Of a stretch of 64,000 nucleotides of DNA, positions 1 to 14,818 are shown piece by piece. Each line of letters begins with the position of its first letter. Position 1 is the first letter of the stretch. The translations under genes and the position numbers were made by a program. The notes below the pieces were generated by a model, which worked only from the letters and a program-made list of their open reading frames with translations, did not search any database and was not told the DNA's origin. Source of the DNA: Anolis carolinensis (taxonomy: Eukaryota); assembly GCF_035594765.1 (NCBI RefSeq), contig NC_085845.1, positions 206,779,072 to 206,843,071 on the forward strand, in the 5' to 3' direction.

Positions 1-2256
1 GGTGGCCTTGGGCAGGTCACACGCTCTCAGCCTCAGAGGAAGGCAATGGTAGCAGACCCCTCTGAACACATCTCATCAGGAACGGCCCAAGGGTGCCAAC
101 TCAAAAGCGACTTGAAGATGCCCCACCAACTGAGGTCAGTCTGGGACAGGGGACCTTCAAAGAGAAGGCCAGGCCCCCCTCTCCCTGCAAGACCCAGGGA
201 CAGAGACACCCCCCCCCCCTTTGCAGGCAGCAAGGCCCAGTCGAGGGTCAGCCCAAGCCCAGTTCAGGCAGCAGCCCCCCCCCCCACGCTAATCTCCGTG
301 TGGGCGGGAGAGGTTCATTAGGGAGCCTCCCCCTCCTTGGCTAAGACCGTGGCTGTGGCGCGGCAGCAGCAGGAGACAGAGACAGAGAGCAACATGACAT
401 GGAAATCCTTCATGTGGCATGGAACAAGCGGAGAGATAACCGGAACAGAAAACGCCGGCCGATAGCAGCCTCGCCGCTAAACAAAGAACTCTGAAGATTT
501 ATGTCCAGCATCCAGCTCAGACAATGTGACAAATATACTACCGCTGGGGACCGACTGCGAGAGGAGATTTGCCGTGGCCGCTGAAGCGCTGAAAGCACTC
601 TTGCAAGAAGTGGGGGGGGGAGGGGGCTGCGGGCAGAGGATACAGGCCCAGAGGAAGGGGACCGGGTGGAGGAGAGGCCAAGGGCAGGGCAGGGACCCCA
701 GGAGGGGCAGATAGAGGGGGGGGGGGAAACAGGCAGGCTCTTTGCCACTGCCAGGAAGCTCAGCCCCAAGGCCCGAGGGGCACGGAGGATGAGGATGAGG
801 GCGACCCACTGCCCCAAGGGCACGCAGGGCCACCTTTGGCCCCCAGCCCAGCCCCGGCACAGCCGGAGGCACACTACAAGGCAGCCGCACAGCCTAACAA
901 ACCACGGCGGAGGGAACACAAACAGGACCAGCACAGCTTCAATCCCAAGGAGCCAAACGCTGCCTAACTCAAAGCAGGTTGTTTCTGTTGTTGTTGTTCT
1001 TTGCTGGAAAGAAGAACAGCACAAAAGGGGGGGGGAGGGCTGGAAGACGTGGCTCTTTGGCCACCCGTCCTGAAAGTCAGTGGGGTTTGAAAGAGACCTT
1101 CTGCCCACCCCCAAAGGACTTTCCTGATAGAGCACCTGTCTTCCGTTTCACAGCAGTGGGAGAGCGAGCGCCTCCTCACCTGGGACACTGGCTGGCGGGG
1201 GGGGGGGGGCTATTGTTGAACCCACCCCAAAGCCTTTTCCACAAGCAGGCGGATCTAACTGTGGGAAGCATCCTGCAAGGGGTGGAGGGGTCAAGCGCCC
1301 GGTCGGTCACTCAGGACACACAGCTCAGCTCAGGAGAGCAAAGAGGACACAGGAGGAGATGAGGGACGTTCCTTCCCCAAGGCCCCCAGGCCGAACGAGA
1401 CAAACCACAATCCCCATCCCCGGAAGAGGGGACAAGGAGACCCTCCACAGCCTCCTCCCATCTCAAGGAAGGTGGTCCACTTTCCCACCGCTCTCCCCTT
1501 CCAGATGATCTCTTCTCCACAAGGAGCTAAGGGCAGAACAAAAGATGGGTCTCCAAGAAGACCAGAGTCCTTCAGCGGGATTGCTTTCTGACAGATGGAG
1601 CTTCCAGCTCTGAAACTCCGTGCGCCCCCGCAGCTGCAACAAGACATTAAGCCTCCTCTTACACTGATCTGATGTGTGACCCCCTCGGAGCCCCCAGAGC
1701 TATGGCGCTGAGGTTTCTTGTCCGACAAGGTCCTGCCCTCGGACTGCAAGGCCCACAAGGGGCTTCTGGCTGGAAGGTCCAATTAAGGCGGCAGGGAAGG
1801 AGTGGCCAGCGCACTGATCCCAGTTAAGTCCCCTTAAGAGAGAGCTCCCAGGAGCTGCTCAGGGTCCAATCCCTCTCCTTCCGCCCTCCGGAGAGGACCT
1901 TCTGCCTCCTGCGGGCCAGGTCAGGGGCCCTTTGGCCGCCCTCTCCTGTCCAGGTGGCCAAGGGGCTGAAGGGGCCTGAATGACCCACCCAGAAGCCAGA
2001 GATGGGGCAGAGCCATGGGAACTGAGGGCTCCTCTGAAATGTGGAAGGACTCACAGGGAATCCCCTGCCAGACAGACACGCTTGCACAAAAACACAACAA
2101 ATACTTTGGGTGAACTGCAACAGGTAGGGGAAGGCAGGTTGCTATTATTGTTGTTGTTGTTATCATTCATCACTCAAAGCAGCTTGACATAAAACCACCA
2201 GTGTACAATTTAAAATATACAAAAATACAGAATTAAACACAGCAAGTATCAGTGTA

Positions 2257-2586
2257 CAGTACAGTCTCACTTATCCAACATTAACAGGCCAACAGAATGT
2301 TGGATAAGCAAAAATGTTGGATAATAAGGAGGGATTAAACATCAAATTACGTTATGATTTTACAAATGAAGCACCAAAACATCATGTTTTACAAGAAATC
2401 AACAGAAAAAAGCAGTTCAGTACAGGGTAACATTATGTAGTAATTACTGTATTTACGAATTTAGCACCAAAACATCGCAATTTATTGAAAACATTGACTA
2501 CAAAAACATTGGCTACTAAAAGGCAGACTGCGTTGGATAATACAGAATGTTGGATAAGTGAAGGTTGGATAAGCGAGACTCTACTG
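2257..2586. mobile_element. Tc1/mariner-type MITE (TIR CAGTA(C/G)AGTCTCACTTATCCAA); further copies at ~7305-7612, ~21407-21736 and 23403-23713
   Basis: Terminal inverted repeats flanked by TA; four related copies in the window. Confidence 0.8.
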
Positions 2587-5500
2587 TATTGTCGAAGGCT
2601 TTCATGGCTGGAATCACTGGGTTGCTGTGAGTCTTTCAGGCTGTCTGGCCATGTTCCAGTAACATTTTCTCCTGACCTTTTGCCCACATCTGTGGCAGGC
2701 ATCCTCACGACTGAGAATGCCTGCCACAGATGTAGGCAAAACTTCATGAGAGAAAGCTTCTGGAACATGGCCAGACAGCCCAAAAGACTCACAGCAACAC
2801 AGCAGGCATCCCCTCCCCCCCCCACCCCCATTGCTAGCACTCGTTTCCAAAAGCCTTTCTGGAAACCAATGTGGCGCAATGAGTTAAACCCTTCTGGCCG
2901 CAATGGCACAATGGATCAAACTCTTCTGCCACTGAACTGCTGACCTGAAGTTTGTCTGTTTGAATCTGTGAGACAGGGTTGAGCTCCTGTCTGTCAGCCC
3001 TAGCTCCTTGCCAACCTAGCTCCTTGTCAACTTCGAAAACATGCAAATGTGAATAGATAAATAGGTACTACTTTGGTGGGAAAAGGCAAAGAGCAATCTT
3101 TCCGGCCACATAACCAGGAGGTAACAACCCCTCGGCTTGAAAATGGAGAAAGAGCGCCTCCCAGAGCCAGACATGATCATTGCCTCCAAAGCCAGAATTG
3201 AAAGGAGAAGCCTTTGCCTTTGTTTGTGTTTGTGTGAGTAAGATTGTAAAGGCATTGACTGTGTGCCTATGTATGTATATACTGTAATCTGCTCTGAGTC
3301 CCCTGGGGAGAAGCGCAGAATATAAATAAAGTGTATTACTATTATTATTACTATTCTGAACGACCAAGAGAAGAGTGGCCCACATGAGGGAAGCAGGGAA
3401 AGTGAGTATATAATCTCACAAAAGAATCGTGTTTCCAACAGTATTGAAGTACCTGCATTTGGTCAATCACCTGGATGTCGAGATGGCAGACCTAAAGCCT
3501 TTGTACAAACACGTAGCCAGTCTTAAATAATAATAATAATAATAACTTAAAGGACCCCCACTGGCTGCCCATCTGCCTCCAGTCTGCATTCGGGTGCTGG
3601 TGGGGGGGTCCCTTGTGTTCAGGGGGGCAATCCAAGGGGGAGGGGCCTCACCTGTGCCCCCACCTATGGAATTCCCCCCCCCCCTTTGGAGGCCCAATGG
3701 GTCAAGACATGGCATGTAGGGGGGTGGGAGTTTACTTTTACAATGCACCTGGTTTCGCTTCTTTGGGGTTTTCGAGTCTCTTTTAACTTCTTTTAGGCAT
3801 TTTAGATGGTTTTCTCATAGATACTGTATATACTCGAGTATAAGCCTAGTTTTTCAGCCCTTTTTTTAAGACTGAAAAGGCCCCCCTCGGCTAATCTTCG
3901 GGTGAGGGTCTTGGTTGGCTTATATTTGGGTCAGCTTATACTCGAGAATATATGGTACATTTATTATTTTTCTCTATTATTGTTGCTACTATTACATTTA
4001 TTTTACTCTATTTTTATTATTATTCATACATTTATTATTTCATTCTGATATTATTATTGCATTTATTATTTTACTCTATTTATTATTACATGTATTATTT
4101 TTCTGTATTTATTATTATTATTATTATTATTACATGTATTGTTTTACTCTATTATTATTAAAAGGCTACATAAGCACGTTTACATTGAAGAAGATGAGAA
4201 TGATTTGATCAGAGTTGGACAGTCTTATCTTAAATTTGAGCTTTATGTAAATATTCAAAAACATTTAACCTACTGATGCCTCAATTAATGTAATTTTATC
4301 GGTATCTATTTTTATTTCTGAAATTGACCATCCTCAGTTTATACTGGAGTCAATGTTTTCCCAGTATTTTTGTGGTAAAATTAGGTGCCTCGGCTTGTAT
4401 TCGGGCCGTCTTATACTCGAGTATATACGATACATTATTTATTAATTTTAATTAATTAAACGACTGCCTTGCCAAGCAGCCAGAGCATCCTCCTCAGAGG
4501 TTTCCAAGGCTTTCTCTCAGTCTCCTTGCAGCTTTGCAGAGACAGAAAGGAGGAGGCCAAGGCAAATATGGAGGGCGGGGAGCCTGCCCCACCTTTTCTG
4601 CTGTTAGAATGGAGAAGGGGGGGGGGATTTCCACTGAAGGAGTTGAAGGAGCCCAAGATTGCTCCAAAGGCCCCCCCCCATTGTTGGGCCTCTTTCTGTG
4701 GCAGTGAAGAGGGAATTGCTCCTCCTTGACATCGTCATACAAGAGTGTGTGCTCACAAACAGCCTCACGCTGCATCAGAATGGGGCTCCACAGAGGTTTC
4801 CAAGGCCTTCCTGGATGTTCCAACGAGAATTTGAGTCTCTGCTTGGAGCCCCCAGTGGCGCAACGTGTTAAAGCGCTGAGCTGCTGAACTTGCTGACTGA
4901 AAAGATTTGTCTATGTATGTCGTGTGTCTAATGGCATTGAATGTTTGCCATCTATATGTGCACTGTGATCCGCCCCGTGTCTCCTTCGGGGTGAGAAGAA
5001 AGGGCGGAATAGAAATACTGTAAATAAATAAATAATAATGACAGCTCAGATTCCCCGACACACCCGGAGGGCTCAAGCTGGCCTAATGGAATCCATGCAA
5101 AGAGGTTCTGCTCTCACTGCAACTTCCGCCTGTCTGGGAATTGTCAACCCTGACTAGATGGATGAGCCAGGTCCCACCTCTGCTCACCCCGGCAGACCAC
5201 TTTGATTTATGTCTGCTGAACCTCAGTGGCTCAAAAGGCTTTATTTACAATATTTACAATACTAACTGTCCAAAGCTATCCGGACACATGTTGCATGTCC
5301 ATCTCACTCAAAGTCAGTTCTCTCTGTGTACATGAGCACCTCCCTTTGCATTCCACAGTCTGTGATGTATCTTCCTGTCATGTAGCTCAAACTGAAGTCC
5401 TTGTTCATTTGCCCTTCCAGCAATCAATCAAAGCCTTGCTGCAATTATCCTCTGGACTGCTGGAATGCTTGCCAGAACGAAATACATACATATCACAGCA

Positions 5501-6889
5501 ACAATAGATTACACATTTCACTCCATATCAACAAAAACATTAACACAGCTCTCCTCAGTTTGATGGACAACTATCACCATGTGGGAGGCTGTTGGCCAAG
5601 GAAGCCCAAAGGCCACGACTGGGGCCCTCTCTCTCTGTCTTTCTCTATATATGTCGTTTGTCTAATAATGGCATTGAATGTTTGCCATGTATATGTGCAT
5701 TGTGATCCGCCCTGAGGCCCCTTTGGGGTGAGAAGGAAGGGCGGGATATAAATACCGTAAATAAATAAATAAGGCAGAAGAGAAAGCATTTCCAGTCCAA
5801 GACAGCAGTAGCCTCAGTTTCTTAAATATCCCGGTGCGGAAGCACACTCTGGGCTTGGGGGAGGGGGGGCTGGAGCCGAGGGAAACTGAGAGGGCGGGGG
5901 CTCTGGTGGGTTTGCCCAGGCCCCGTGGCCAGTGAGAGTGGGAAGGGTGAACCCACGATGGGGAGCTCCCCCCTGCCCACTGCCCGCTCACAAGTCCCTT
6001 CGTGGGCTTCGTCCTGCCGTTCAGAGACCCCCACCCCCAAAGATCCTGCCTCCTCCGAACCACACAAGCCGCTTCAGGTCGGGCAAACCCATGGCCACCT
6101 AAAAGCAATACAGAAGAGCCAAGCCGGGCCCCTCCTCCGTCTAAGTGGAGATTGAGACCCTGGTCTTGGCCTCAGCCCCACACCCCCACCTCCACACCGC
6201 AGTGGTGTGCTCCTCTCTTCCAATTCATGAGTGGGTTGAAAAGTTTGTTCCCGCTCCAGGGACCCCCAAGGAAACCTCCTTCCGTTTGCAAGAGGCATGC
6301 TCTCATCTGGGGGGGGGGGGGTCACAGCAGATCAGCCCCTTCCTTTTTCCTGTGTTGGCTCCCCATAAAAGGCTTCCCCTCAACCTGCTGGGACGGTTCA
6401 ATGGGGAGGGCAGCTGGGCAAAGGAAAGGGGCTGATTTCAGGGCTTCTTCGGGGGGAGAAGGGCTACTGGCCGCAGCCTCCCTGCCCCATGTCTCTCCGC
6501 TGGCTGGGCTGCAGGAAACCATTCCCGGCCCAGGCCAGGCCACAGCAAGAGAGGAAACCTGCTCCGCATGCCTTAACCCACTTCTCCTCCTGCGCGAGGT
6601 CTGCAATACTTCTGTGAGACTAAAGGGATGTTTACTTCTGGCAGGAACATTCCTTGGACTCCCCCTCCGCCCTGACAGCACCAAACACGGCCTTGAGCAG
6701 GAACATGGCTGACCCCGCCAGCCCTTCCCCACCCGCCAGCACACGCATGGAATAGCCAGCGCCCTGCCCCTGTCACAAATAGACTACTGCAATGCGCTCT
6801 ACGTGGGGCTGCCTTTGAAGACTGTTTGGAAGCTCCAGAGGGTCCAACAGGCAGCAGCCAGGTTGCTCGCCAGTGCGGCATACAGGGAA

Positions 6890-7101
6890 CACACAACCCC
6901 CTGTTGCGCCAGGCCCACTGGCTGCCAGTCTGCTACCAAGCACAAAATAAGGCTCTAAACAGTTCCAGCCCAGCTTATCTGTCCAAATGCATCTCTCCCT
7001 ATGAACCTTCTGGAGCATTAAGGTCGTCTAGGGAGGCCCTCCTCTCAGTGACGCCTTCTTTGCAGGCTCAACCAGTGGGGACGAGAACCAGGGCCTGCCG
7101 G

Positions 7102-7132
<31 letters not shown>

Positions 7133-7275
7133 TCCTTCCTTCCTTCCTTCTCGGTGGTGCCACCCCCCCTCGGCTGGGGAACTCCCTCCCCAGGGAGATC
7201 AGATCAGCCCCCTCCCTCCTGACTTTCCGTAAAAAAGCAAAAACATGGCTGTGTGACCAAGCCTTCAGAGAATAA
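6890..7275 (+). mobile_element. L2 LINE 3' fragment
   Basis: [38 protein letters not shown] is typical of the L2 ORF2 C-terminus. Confidence 0.7.
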
Positions 7276-7873
7276 TTACAGTGAAATAAATGGATTTAGA
7301 ATTACAGTAGAGTCTCACTTATCCAACATAAACGGGCCGGCAAAATGTTGGATAAGCGAATATGTTGGATAATAAGGAGGGATTAAGGAAAAGCCTATTA
7401 AACAACACATTAGGTTATGATTTTATAAATTAAGCACCAAAACATCATGTTATACAACGAATTTGACAGAAAAAGTAGTTCAATGCACAGTAATGCTATG
7501 TAGTAACTACTGTATTTACAAATTTAACACCAAAATATCATAATGCATTGAAAACATTGACTACAAAAATGTGTTGGATAATCCAGAACGTTGGATAAGC
7601 GAATGTTGGATGTATGTGCAGTGAGTATCAAAATGGTCTGGATTATGACGGAGGAGAGCATGGTTTTAATAGGGATTGTAATGTTTTTAAACATTTTACT
7701 GCATTTCAAATGTTGATCTTAATGTTAATTTAAATGCCAATTTTAATTAAATATTGATTTTATGGCGTTGAATTGTTGCCTATCCGTAAGCCGCCTTGAG
7801 TCCCTTTCAGGGTTGAGAAAGGAGGGGTAGAAATAAGAGTAAATAAATAAGTGCTGCCCAGGGGGCCCCTCAC

Positions 7874-10800
7874 CTTTGCCCAGGTACACCATGCCGTACT
7901 CCCGGCCTTGCGCGGTCTTGTACTCCACCGTGAAGCAGACCTCCTTCCCAATGAGCTTCTTCCGGAGGAACTCCCGGGCAGGGAAACCCCAGGGCTGAGG
8001 GGGAAAGACGGGAGAGGCGCGGGTCACGGGCGTCCAGGCCAAGCCCCCCCTCCACTCCCCACCCTTCTCTTTGAGGAAAACTTCGCACTGCCCGGCTCCC
8101 TGACAGCCGCGTCCAAGGCTGCTTTTGAGAAAGGGTAACCACCAGCCTCAAGAAACAGAGCACACACAGACAGAGATATTAGGGTTGTGCTTTTGGGGTA
8201 AACCTTACCCCGTTTCATCTCCCGGCTTTCGATGGGAGCTCTGATCCGTTTTTTGGGAGCCTCTTGAAATCAAGAGGGCATATACCGTATATACTCGAGT
8301 ATAAGCCGACCCGAATATAAGCCGAGGCACTTAATTTTACCACAAAAAACTGGTATAACTTATTGACCCAAATATAAGCCGAGGGTGGGAAATGAAGCAG
8401 CTAGTGGTAAATTTCAAAATAAAAATAGATACCAATAAAGTTACATTAACTGAAGCATCAATAAGTTAAATAATGTGTGTGTGTATATATATATGGATAC
8501 AGATATGCAGGTACATGCATCTACATGTATATAGGATTTGCAAGGGCCTGCAAACTTATGAGGGGAAAATTCTTATATAAAATTAATGTATATAGATGGA
8601 TAGATACATATATGTAAGTACATAGGGATTGCAAACGCATGCAGGGGATTAATGCCTATATATCTGTAGGAGAGAATAACAAATATTTCAGGGGAAATGC
8701 TTTTATAAGATTACTGGATATATATTTTTCTTCTTCCAGACTTGCAAGGGCTTCTTTCCCTTTTCAAAACATTCCCTTGGTTAAGAGGGAGGAAGGCTTT
8801 GGAAAACAACTATTAAGGGAGAGTAAGAGAGGAATATATCATATATTGCAAGCCATGGCCTCCAGGTTCTGTTGCCCGGCCTTGACCTTGACCCCATTAT
8901 AAGCCAGGAAGGCATTTTCAGCTCAAAAAAAGGGGGGTGAAAAACTCGGCTTATCTTCGAGTATATACAGTAACTGTTTTCGCTCTGAGGTGCCAAAAGA
9001 TCAGTTTCCTATTGGCCCATTATTTGAGGCGGGGGGGGGGGGGGCTTCCCAGGCTCCCCTTCCCATCACTTAGACACTTAAGCTCTACTCTAGAGGAGAG
9101 GCACTCTGCTGCAGACAGGCACGCGTTTTAAGGAGGCACGTTCTTACCGTCTAGTCTAGAGGAGAGGTGCTGCAGGCAGGCAGGCACCCGCATTTTCTCT
9201 CCCGGGCCTGCATGCCACACACACTTTTCAAGGCTTTTTAAGGAAGCTTCGCACTTCCAGGTAAGGAAGAGCTCCTTATCCTCCCTGGGCTTCCTTTAAA
9301 AACCTCTCTTGGTTCCTGGCACACTTAATGCTTCCTTACAGCTGTTTCTCCTTTCTACTCTAGAGGAGAGGTAACTGGTAGTAGTTCACAGGGAATGAAA
9401 GTTTTCTTTCTGTTTGCTGGGGGATTCATCAGAAAGATTCAACTATGATGCTGAAAAGCAGAGGAGGAGCTGAGAACGGCTCCAGTTTGCTTTCCTTTCG
9501 GGCGGGTTTTCATACTTTGGGGAGGGGGGGGAGCTTCCCATTTGATGCTCCCGAACATACAGAATGTGCCACAATTCCCGGAGCAATCGGGATTCGCACA
9601 CAAGGCTTACAGATCTATATCAAAGGGGCTTCCAAAGCCAACACTAAGAGCAGCAAAGCAGAAGAGTTCAGGCAAAGGCAGGAGGGTGGGACAAGAGGCA
9701 GGGAGCGGGTTAGGGAAGCCCCCCTAAGCAGGAACGCCCCAGTCTCAGGGGCTTTGCCGTCCATGACCGAAGGCAGGCAGTCTAACACCCAGGCACTCCA
9801 CCTTGGGTTTCCCTCTACTATTGAACACAGCACAACCCAACACACGTAGAGGGGCTTGAAAGGGGAGGGGGCCAGCACTGCCTGTATGAGGAGCAATCCT
9901 TAAGTGAGGCTAACATTGGGCACACAAGGAGGCTGCCCCACCACACTGTTCCTTGCAAGGGACTGTTTCAGACCCCACTCCCAAGAGGGAGTGTGTGTGT
10001 GTGTGTGTGTGTGTGTTCTGCCCCCAAGTCAGGTGTGCTCTAGGCCTGGGTGGTTCTGGAGGGGCTCTGGCCAGCCCAAGGGAGGGTCCGCCCAACTGCA
10101 CAGAGGGGGTGGCAGCTGCCTCTCACGGCACCCACCGGGAAGCGGGACAGGCTCAGGGCAAGAGGAAGCCCATTGGGCTTAGCTTTATTCAGATCATCTT
10201 TCTCCCAGCGTGAGGCCCAGGGAGGGCTGGGCTGCCCATGGCCAGCAGGCCCGGTGCCCAGCTCTCCTTGGGCCACACCGCCCCCCCCCCCGGAGGGAGA
10301 GAGAGCCCCCTAAGGCTCCCCCCATGCCCAAGCGGAGCCCCCACTCCAGCCTTGCAACCCAGTGGCCCTGCGCCCAGGAAGCGCCACTTACCTCGTCCGG
10401 CGTGTCCTTGCTGTCGGGTTGCCCTGCAGCCGCACGGCGTGCAAGATTCCCCGCCCGGATGTTGCTCAGGTTGATCTGCCTCTCCGGAGGGGGGCCCCCA
10501 CGTGGCTGGCCCCGGACGATGATGGCGCAGCCGGACAGAACCTGGGGGGGGGGGGGATGGAGAAAGGGAGGCCGTGAGGTCAGGGCCAGCAAGGCGACAC
10601 ACTCGGCCCATCGGCCCTGCAGGGCAGGCCTCACTCGGGAAAGCCCGTGGAGGATGGAAGGCAATCCTCCAGAAAGAAACCTGGCTGAGAAAAGCCTGCC
10701 GTGCGACCACAATGTCAGTGGCGACTCAGAAGGCCCATCACAGCAACGAAGGAGCTCTCACACAGGGTCCTGGAGGGGACCCCCTCTCCTACTGACTTGA

Positions 10801-13800
10801 GGGACATGTGGCGTTGACACCAATGTTACAATATGGCTGCAAAGAGCTTTGGGAGAGTGACCGTTTGATCAAACGTGACGGAGCTATGATGCAAGTCTCT
10901 CAAAGGGGCAAAGGTCATCCATCCGCCCTGAGTCATCCCTCGGGGGTGAGAGGGGTGGGGTATAAGTAAGTACAGTAAACAAATAATAATAAACATCCCA
11001 GGCCTCAGGCGGCTTCCTTTTCCTCCATCGAAGTCCCCAAGACCCCCTTCCCCGAAGCCCACGCCTCAGCTGAGACGGCCTGGCCCACCGGGCAAGAAGA
11101 GCCCCCCTTGCAAAGCCCACCTGCAGCAGGAAGGAAGCCCGGCCCCACAGCAACACCTGGCCGTCCCAGGCCTTGTGTGGGGACGTGTGTGTGGGAGGGG
11201 CGCCCCTTCTCTCTGCCAGCCAGGAGGAGGACACGGACCCATCCCCGTCCCAGCCTCCGCTTGGAAACCTAGAGAATCTGGGCTTTTGGCCCTGTGAGCA
11301 ATGGCAATGTTCCCCCCAAAAGGTGCCCTTCACCTGGGGTGCCCACTGGCACAGGGAGCGTGGGAGCTGCAGAATGGGGGACGATGCGTGGCTCAACAAC
11401 CGGGCGTGTGAAAAAGATCTCGGAGTCCTCATGGGGAGGAAGGGGAACGTGAGCCAGGAGTGCCACGCAGCGGCAAAAAAAGCCAATGGGATGTTGGCCT
11501 TCCCTCCAGTGAAGTCATGCTCCCCCTCTATCCTATTCTGCCTTGGCCAGACCACACCTGGAATCACCCTGTGTCCCATTCCCATTAAATAAATAATGAT
11601 AATATAATAAATAATTCTGGGCACCGCAATGGAAGGGAGATGTTGACTCTCAGCTGGGATGTGTCCAGAGGAGGGAGGGCAGCTCAAAGGATCAAGGGCC
11701 TGGAGAACAAGAATCCCTATGAGGAGCAGCTGAAAGAGCTGGGCAAGTTTATCCTGCAGAAGAGAAGGCAGAGAGTTGACATGAGAAGGGCCAGGGATCA
11801 AGAGGTGAGAGAGGGGAAGTCCTAGGGAGGAGGGAGCAAGCTTGGTTTGTGATGCCCTGGAGACTAGGACGCAATGGAGCAAGGGCTTCAAACGACAGTA
11901 AAGGAAGGAGATTCCATCTGAACATGAGGAAGAACTTCCTGCCTGTGTGTGTGTGAGAGAGAGCACTTCAGCAGTGGAACTCTCTGCCGAAGAGTGTGGT
12001 GGAGGCTTTGAAGCAGAGGCTGGGTGGCCATCTGGAGGCTGGGGGTGCTTTCAATGTGGTTTTCCTGCTTCTTAGTAGAATGGTGTTAGACTGGAGGGCC
12101 CATCAGGTCTCTTCCAACTCTAGGGTTCTAAGAGCGGGCCTTTGACCAGCAATGGAAAGGCTGTGCTGGCCAGCCCCACAGGGCTCGGCCCACTCCCCAG
12201 CTGGAGGACCCCGAAGGGGCTGGGGGGCCTGGCCTACCATGGGCCAGCAAGAGCCACGCTGGCCACCCTCTCCAGCTTCCACCCCATTCCATGCTCGTCT
12301 ATCTTCTAATCCTGAAAGCAGGCCAGGGGTCACGCCTCCCAGGAGGGCAGCTAGAAACACACAGGTCACAAGCCCGGACAGGGAGGGGGGGGAGGGGAGG
12401 GGGCAATGTCTCTCCAAACACCCTTTGGCCTTCCCTAGAGAGCGGCGGGGGGGGGGGGGCAGCTGGAGGCACCTCCTGGCCTGGGCAGAGGCTCATCCCC
12501 TCTGAGGTCGGGCCACCACCACCCCCCCCAATGCTTTCCCCAAGGAAATAAGACAAGCACCCTCCTTGTTGACCTTCAGGAAGGAGCTACGTAAAAACGT
12601 GGCTATTTAAGCAAGACTTTGGGAATGGCTAGGATTACACTGGAAACCATCAGACACAGGAAAGGCTGCTTAAACAGTGAGATAGACTTGGATTGTTTTT
12701 ATTAGGGTTCTTTCTTTGAATTGTTGTTGTGAATTTTAGCTTCTAGGTGGGTTGTACAGGACAATTATTTTCATTTACTCTATTTATACCCCGCCCTTCT
12801 CAACCCCAAGGGGACTCAAGGCGGCTTGCACACAGGCAACCATTCAATGCCTTAAAAACAATGTGCAATTACATAAACATTCAATTAAAATACATTGAAA
12901 CATTAAAATCAGGATGAAAACCACGCGACCCACAATCGTAATCCTGGCCATTCCAGTAGTCATTGCACATACAGTAGTTCCAAATCCATCTATTGCACAT
13001 AATTATTCTCCAAAGGCTTGATCACAAAGCCATGTTTTCACTCTCTTCCTGAAGCTCAGGAGGAAAGAGGCTGATCTGATCTCACCAGGGAGGGAATTCC
13101 AGAAGAGAGGCCACCACGGAGAAGGCCCTGTCTCTCGCCCCTACCCCTCGTGCCTGCAAAGGTGGTGAGAATGGGAGCAGGGCCTCCCCAGACGATCTTA
13201 GCCTCCGAGGTGGGTCACAGGGGGAGATATGTTAGGACAGATAAGCTGGACCGGAGCCATTTGGAGCCGGCACTTTGAAGTGTCCTCGGTAGCAGATAGT
13301 TTTAAAACTGTTACTTATTTGAAGAATGTCATGATGAAGAATAATTCAAAAAAAGATCACAAGGTAAGAACATGAAAGAGATGGACTGGACCCCCTTTAT
13401 CGAATGGCTAAAAATCAATGAAGTCAAATGGACAATCTAAAAATAGGAGAGGACTGAGTAATCAAAATGGACAAAGTAAACAAATCACTACCGCTATACG
13501 TCATAGAAGGACAAGTTACTATTAAATAAATAGAAGAAGAAACCTTTTTTTCACCACTCCTTCTCCCTCTCCAAACTCTTTCTTTCCCCTATTTTCCTTT
13601 TCTTGGATTGTTCCCCCACTTTTTATGTAAAAGAAATGTATTTTATTTTCAATAAAAAATAATTAAAAAAAAAAGAAATGACACAACAAACAAAAAAGTT
13701 ACTTATTAATAATTATGGTATTTTAAATTGAACTACATGATAATTTGATTGTTGTTATTGTTGTTTATCATGGATGCTTATCATAATTTTGTATTATTAC

Positions 13801-14818
13801 TTATTGTGAGCCTCCCGCATCCCTTTGGGGAGAGGGGGCGGGGCATACATAACAATGTATTGCAGTATCATTATTATTATTATTTGCATAGTCACAGTGT
13901 AATGTTGATGTTCTTGGCCAATTCGTGCAAACAGCATAGGAGGACTTGGGTTGGGTTTCTTCCCTGAACGGCACAAGTCTCTGGAATCGCACAGTGTCCC
14001 ATTCTGGGCACCACAACGGAAGGGAGATGTGGACTCTGAGCTGGAATGTGTCCAGAGGAAGAGGGCGACTCCAAGGGTCTGGAGGAGAAGAATCCCTATG
14101 AGGAGTGGCTTAAAGAGATGGGCATGTTTAGCCTGCAGAAGACAGAGAAGGCGGGGAGAGAGGAGACATGAGGAGGGCCAGGGACCAAGAGGTGAGAGAG
14201 GAGAAGACACGGGAGGGAGGGAGGGAGGGAGGGAACAGGCTTGTGCTCTGAAGCAATGGCTTCAAACTGCAGAAAAGAAAGGAGATTCCGCCTGAACATG
14301 AGGAAGAACATCCTCCCCGTGAGAAAGAGAGCTCTGTTCAGCAGTGGAACTCTCTGCCGCGGAGGGGGTCCGGTGGAGGCTCCTGCTTTGGAGGCTTTGA
14401 AGCAGAGGCTGGGTGGCCATCTGTCGGGAGGGCTTTGAATGCGGTTTTCCTGCTTCTTGGCAGAATGGGGTTGGGCTGGAGGGCCCACCGGGTCTCCGCC
14501 TACTCTAGGGTTCTGGTGTCACGAAGTTCCCAGTCCTCCATGAGTCTCTCTCCTAGAGAGGGGCCAAGGTAAGGGGTCCCGCCCCGCCTGTTTCCTGCCC
14601 AGGCACGCTCCCCTCCTGGCGGCCCCTTCTCCGGGCTGGCTCCTCACGGAGGACTCCGTGCGCGCCCCCGTCCGCACTCTGCACGCGCCCCGGAGCCTCT
14701 CTCTGCTCACCATCTTGACGATGCCGCGCTGGAGGGCGGGCGCCGCGGACGAGGAGGCGGAGGAGGCCGAGCCGGACGAGGAGGAGGAGGAGGCCGTGTT
14801 GCCGGCGGAGGAGGCCAT
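7874..14818 (-). CDS. SND1: SND1 (staphylococcal nuclease and tudor domain containing 1), coding exons 1-3; the gene continues beyond the left edge of the window
   Basis: Exon 1 14818-14711 (MASSAGN...[10 protein letters not shown]), exon 2 10541-10392 ([50 protein letters not shown], 150 nt), exon 3 7994-7874 ([40 protein letters not shown], 121 nt). All junctions are GT-AG with compatible phases. Near-identical to the vertebrate SND1 N-terminus. Exon 4 was not found in 1-7873. Confidence 0.97.
8285..8970. mobile_element. Second non-autonomous DNA transposon family (TIR C(C/T)GTATATACTCGAGTATAAGCC); copies also at 3824-4430 and ~27052-27925
   Basis: TIRs with TA flanks and a shared AT-rich interior across three copies. 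Confidence 0.75.
11330..12130 (+). mobile_element. CR1 LINE 3' fragment; others at ~13960-14515, ~23815-24070(-), ~50175-51010(-), ~58585-58880(-) and ~60590-61750
   Basis: [32 protein letters not shown] and NMRKNFL motifs; several copies end in (ATTCTATG)n. Confidence 0.8.

Noticed and set aside
1-2120. SND1 exon 4, or a nested gene such as LRRC4
   Set aside because: No GENIAESLVAEGL-like exon or LRR motifs seen; the region looks like intronic or decayed repeat sequence that I could not classify
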